A stretch of DNA of 64,000 bases. Origin: Eledone cirrhosa (lineage: Eukaryota). The DNA lies in NCBI GenBank assembly GCA_964016885.1, contig OZ024754.1, positions 34,224,001 through 34,288,000 on the forward strand, in the 5' to 3' direction. The notes under the pieces were generated by a model, which worked only from the letters and a program-made list of their open reading frames with translations, was not told where the DNA came from and did no database searches. Positions 63,520 through 64,000 of the stretch are shown here, piece by piece (positions within the stretch are counted from its first letter, which is position 1; every line of letters begins with the position of its first letter). A program made the position numbers and the translations under genes.

Positions 63520-63862
63520 TATGGTGAAGACCCCCTTTGATCACAAATGACTATGGGATTTTCACCTAAAAAGTTCCCCCTCCGAGGCACAAGTTCAGGT
63601 AAGATTGTTTGTGGAAGACCAACAGTCACCCATGCATACCAGTTTCCCCTCTACATGCCACTGGTGTTGTCCAAAGGAAAAGTAAACACTGATACAGCTT
63701 GCCACCAGTGATGTTGTAACTCATTTCTACAGTTGAGTGAACTGGAACAATGTGAAATAAAATGTCTTTCTCAAGGACACAACACACTGCCTGGTCTGGG
63801 AATTAAATTCACACCCTCACGATTGTGAGCCCAACACTTTAACCACTGTGCCATGTGCCTTC
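63520..63862 (-). mobile_element. Family-2 SINE
   Basis: Reverse head gaaggcacatggcacagtggttaaagtg and gtgtccttgagaaagacattttatttcac core. Confidence 0.75.
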
Positions 63863-64000
63863 AAATAACAAGAACATATGTACATTTGGTTTCATCTAAA
63901 TTCCAAAGATATTAGTGAACTTGAGGTTATAGCAGATAGCATTCAATGTACCATAGTGGGATTAAACATGGGATCACATGGTTGAGAAACAAACTTCTTA

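Overview
AT-rich, repeat-dense animal genomic DNA. The (TA)n/(CA)n microsatellites, tRNA-derived SINEs and RTE LINE debris are most consistent with an octopod cephalopod (inference). Two complete spliced genes sit head-to-head across a ~1.37 kb CpG-retaining interval. The first is a 5-exon DESI2/PPPDE1-like deSUMOylase on the minus strand (48685->27093, 169 aa). The second is a 9-exon BCKDHA on the plus strand (50051->61918, 443 aa). The first ~27 kb holds no confidently recognisable gene. Mobile DNA includes two TTAA-flanked piggyBac-type MITE families, a degraded mariner, a TIR/TSD-bounded hAT (Buster-like) element, RTE and CR1-like LINE fragments, several SINE families and a solo LTR beside the BCKDHA poly(A) signal. 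The most striking unannotated signal is a ~200-bp element present twice, 3,320 bp apart, in DESI2 intron 1. On the DESI2 sense strand each copy folds into a complete type I hammerhead ribozyme with a 38-bp stem I. Degraded minimal hammerhead relics and long fold-back hairpins occur elsewhere. Most long ORFs in the supplied track are simple-repeat artefacts. Repeat boundaries are approximate unless a TIR or TSD is cited.
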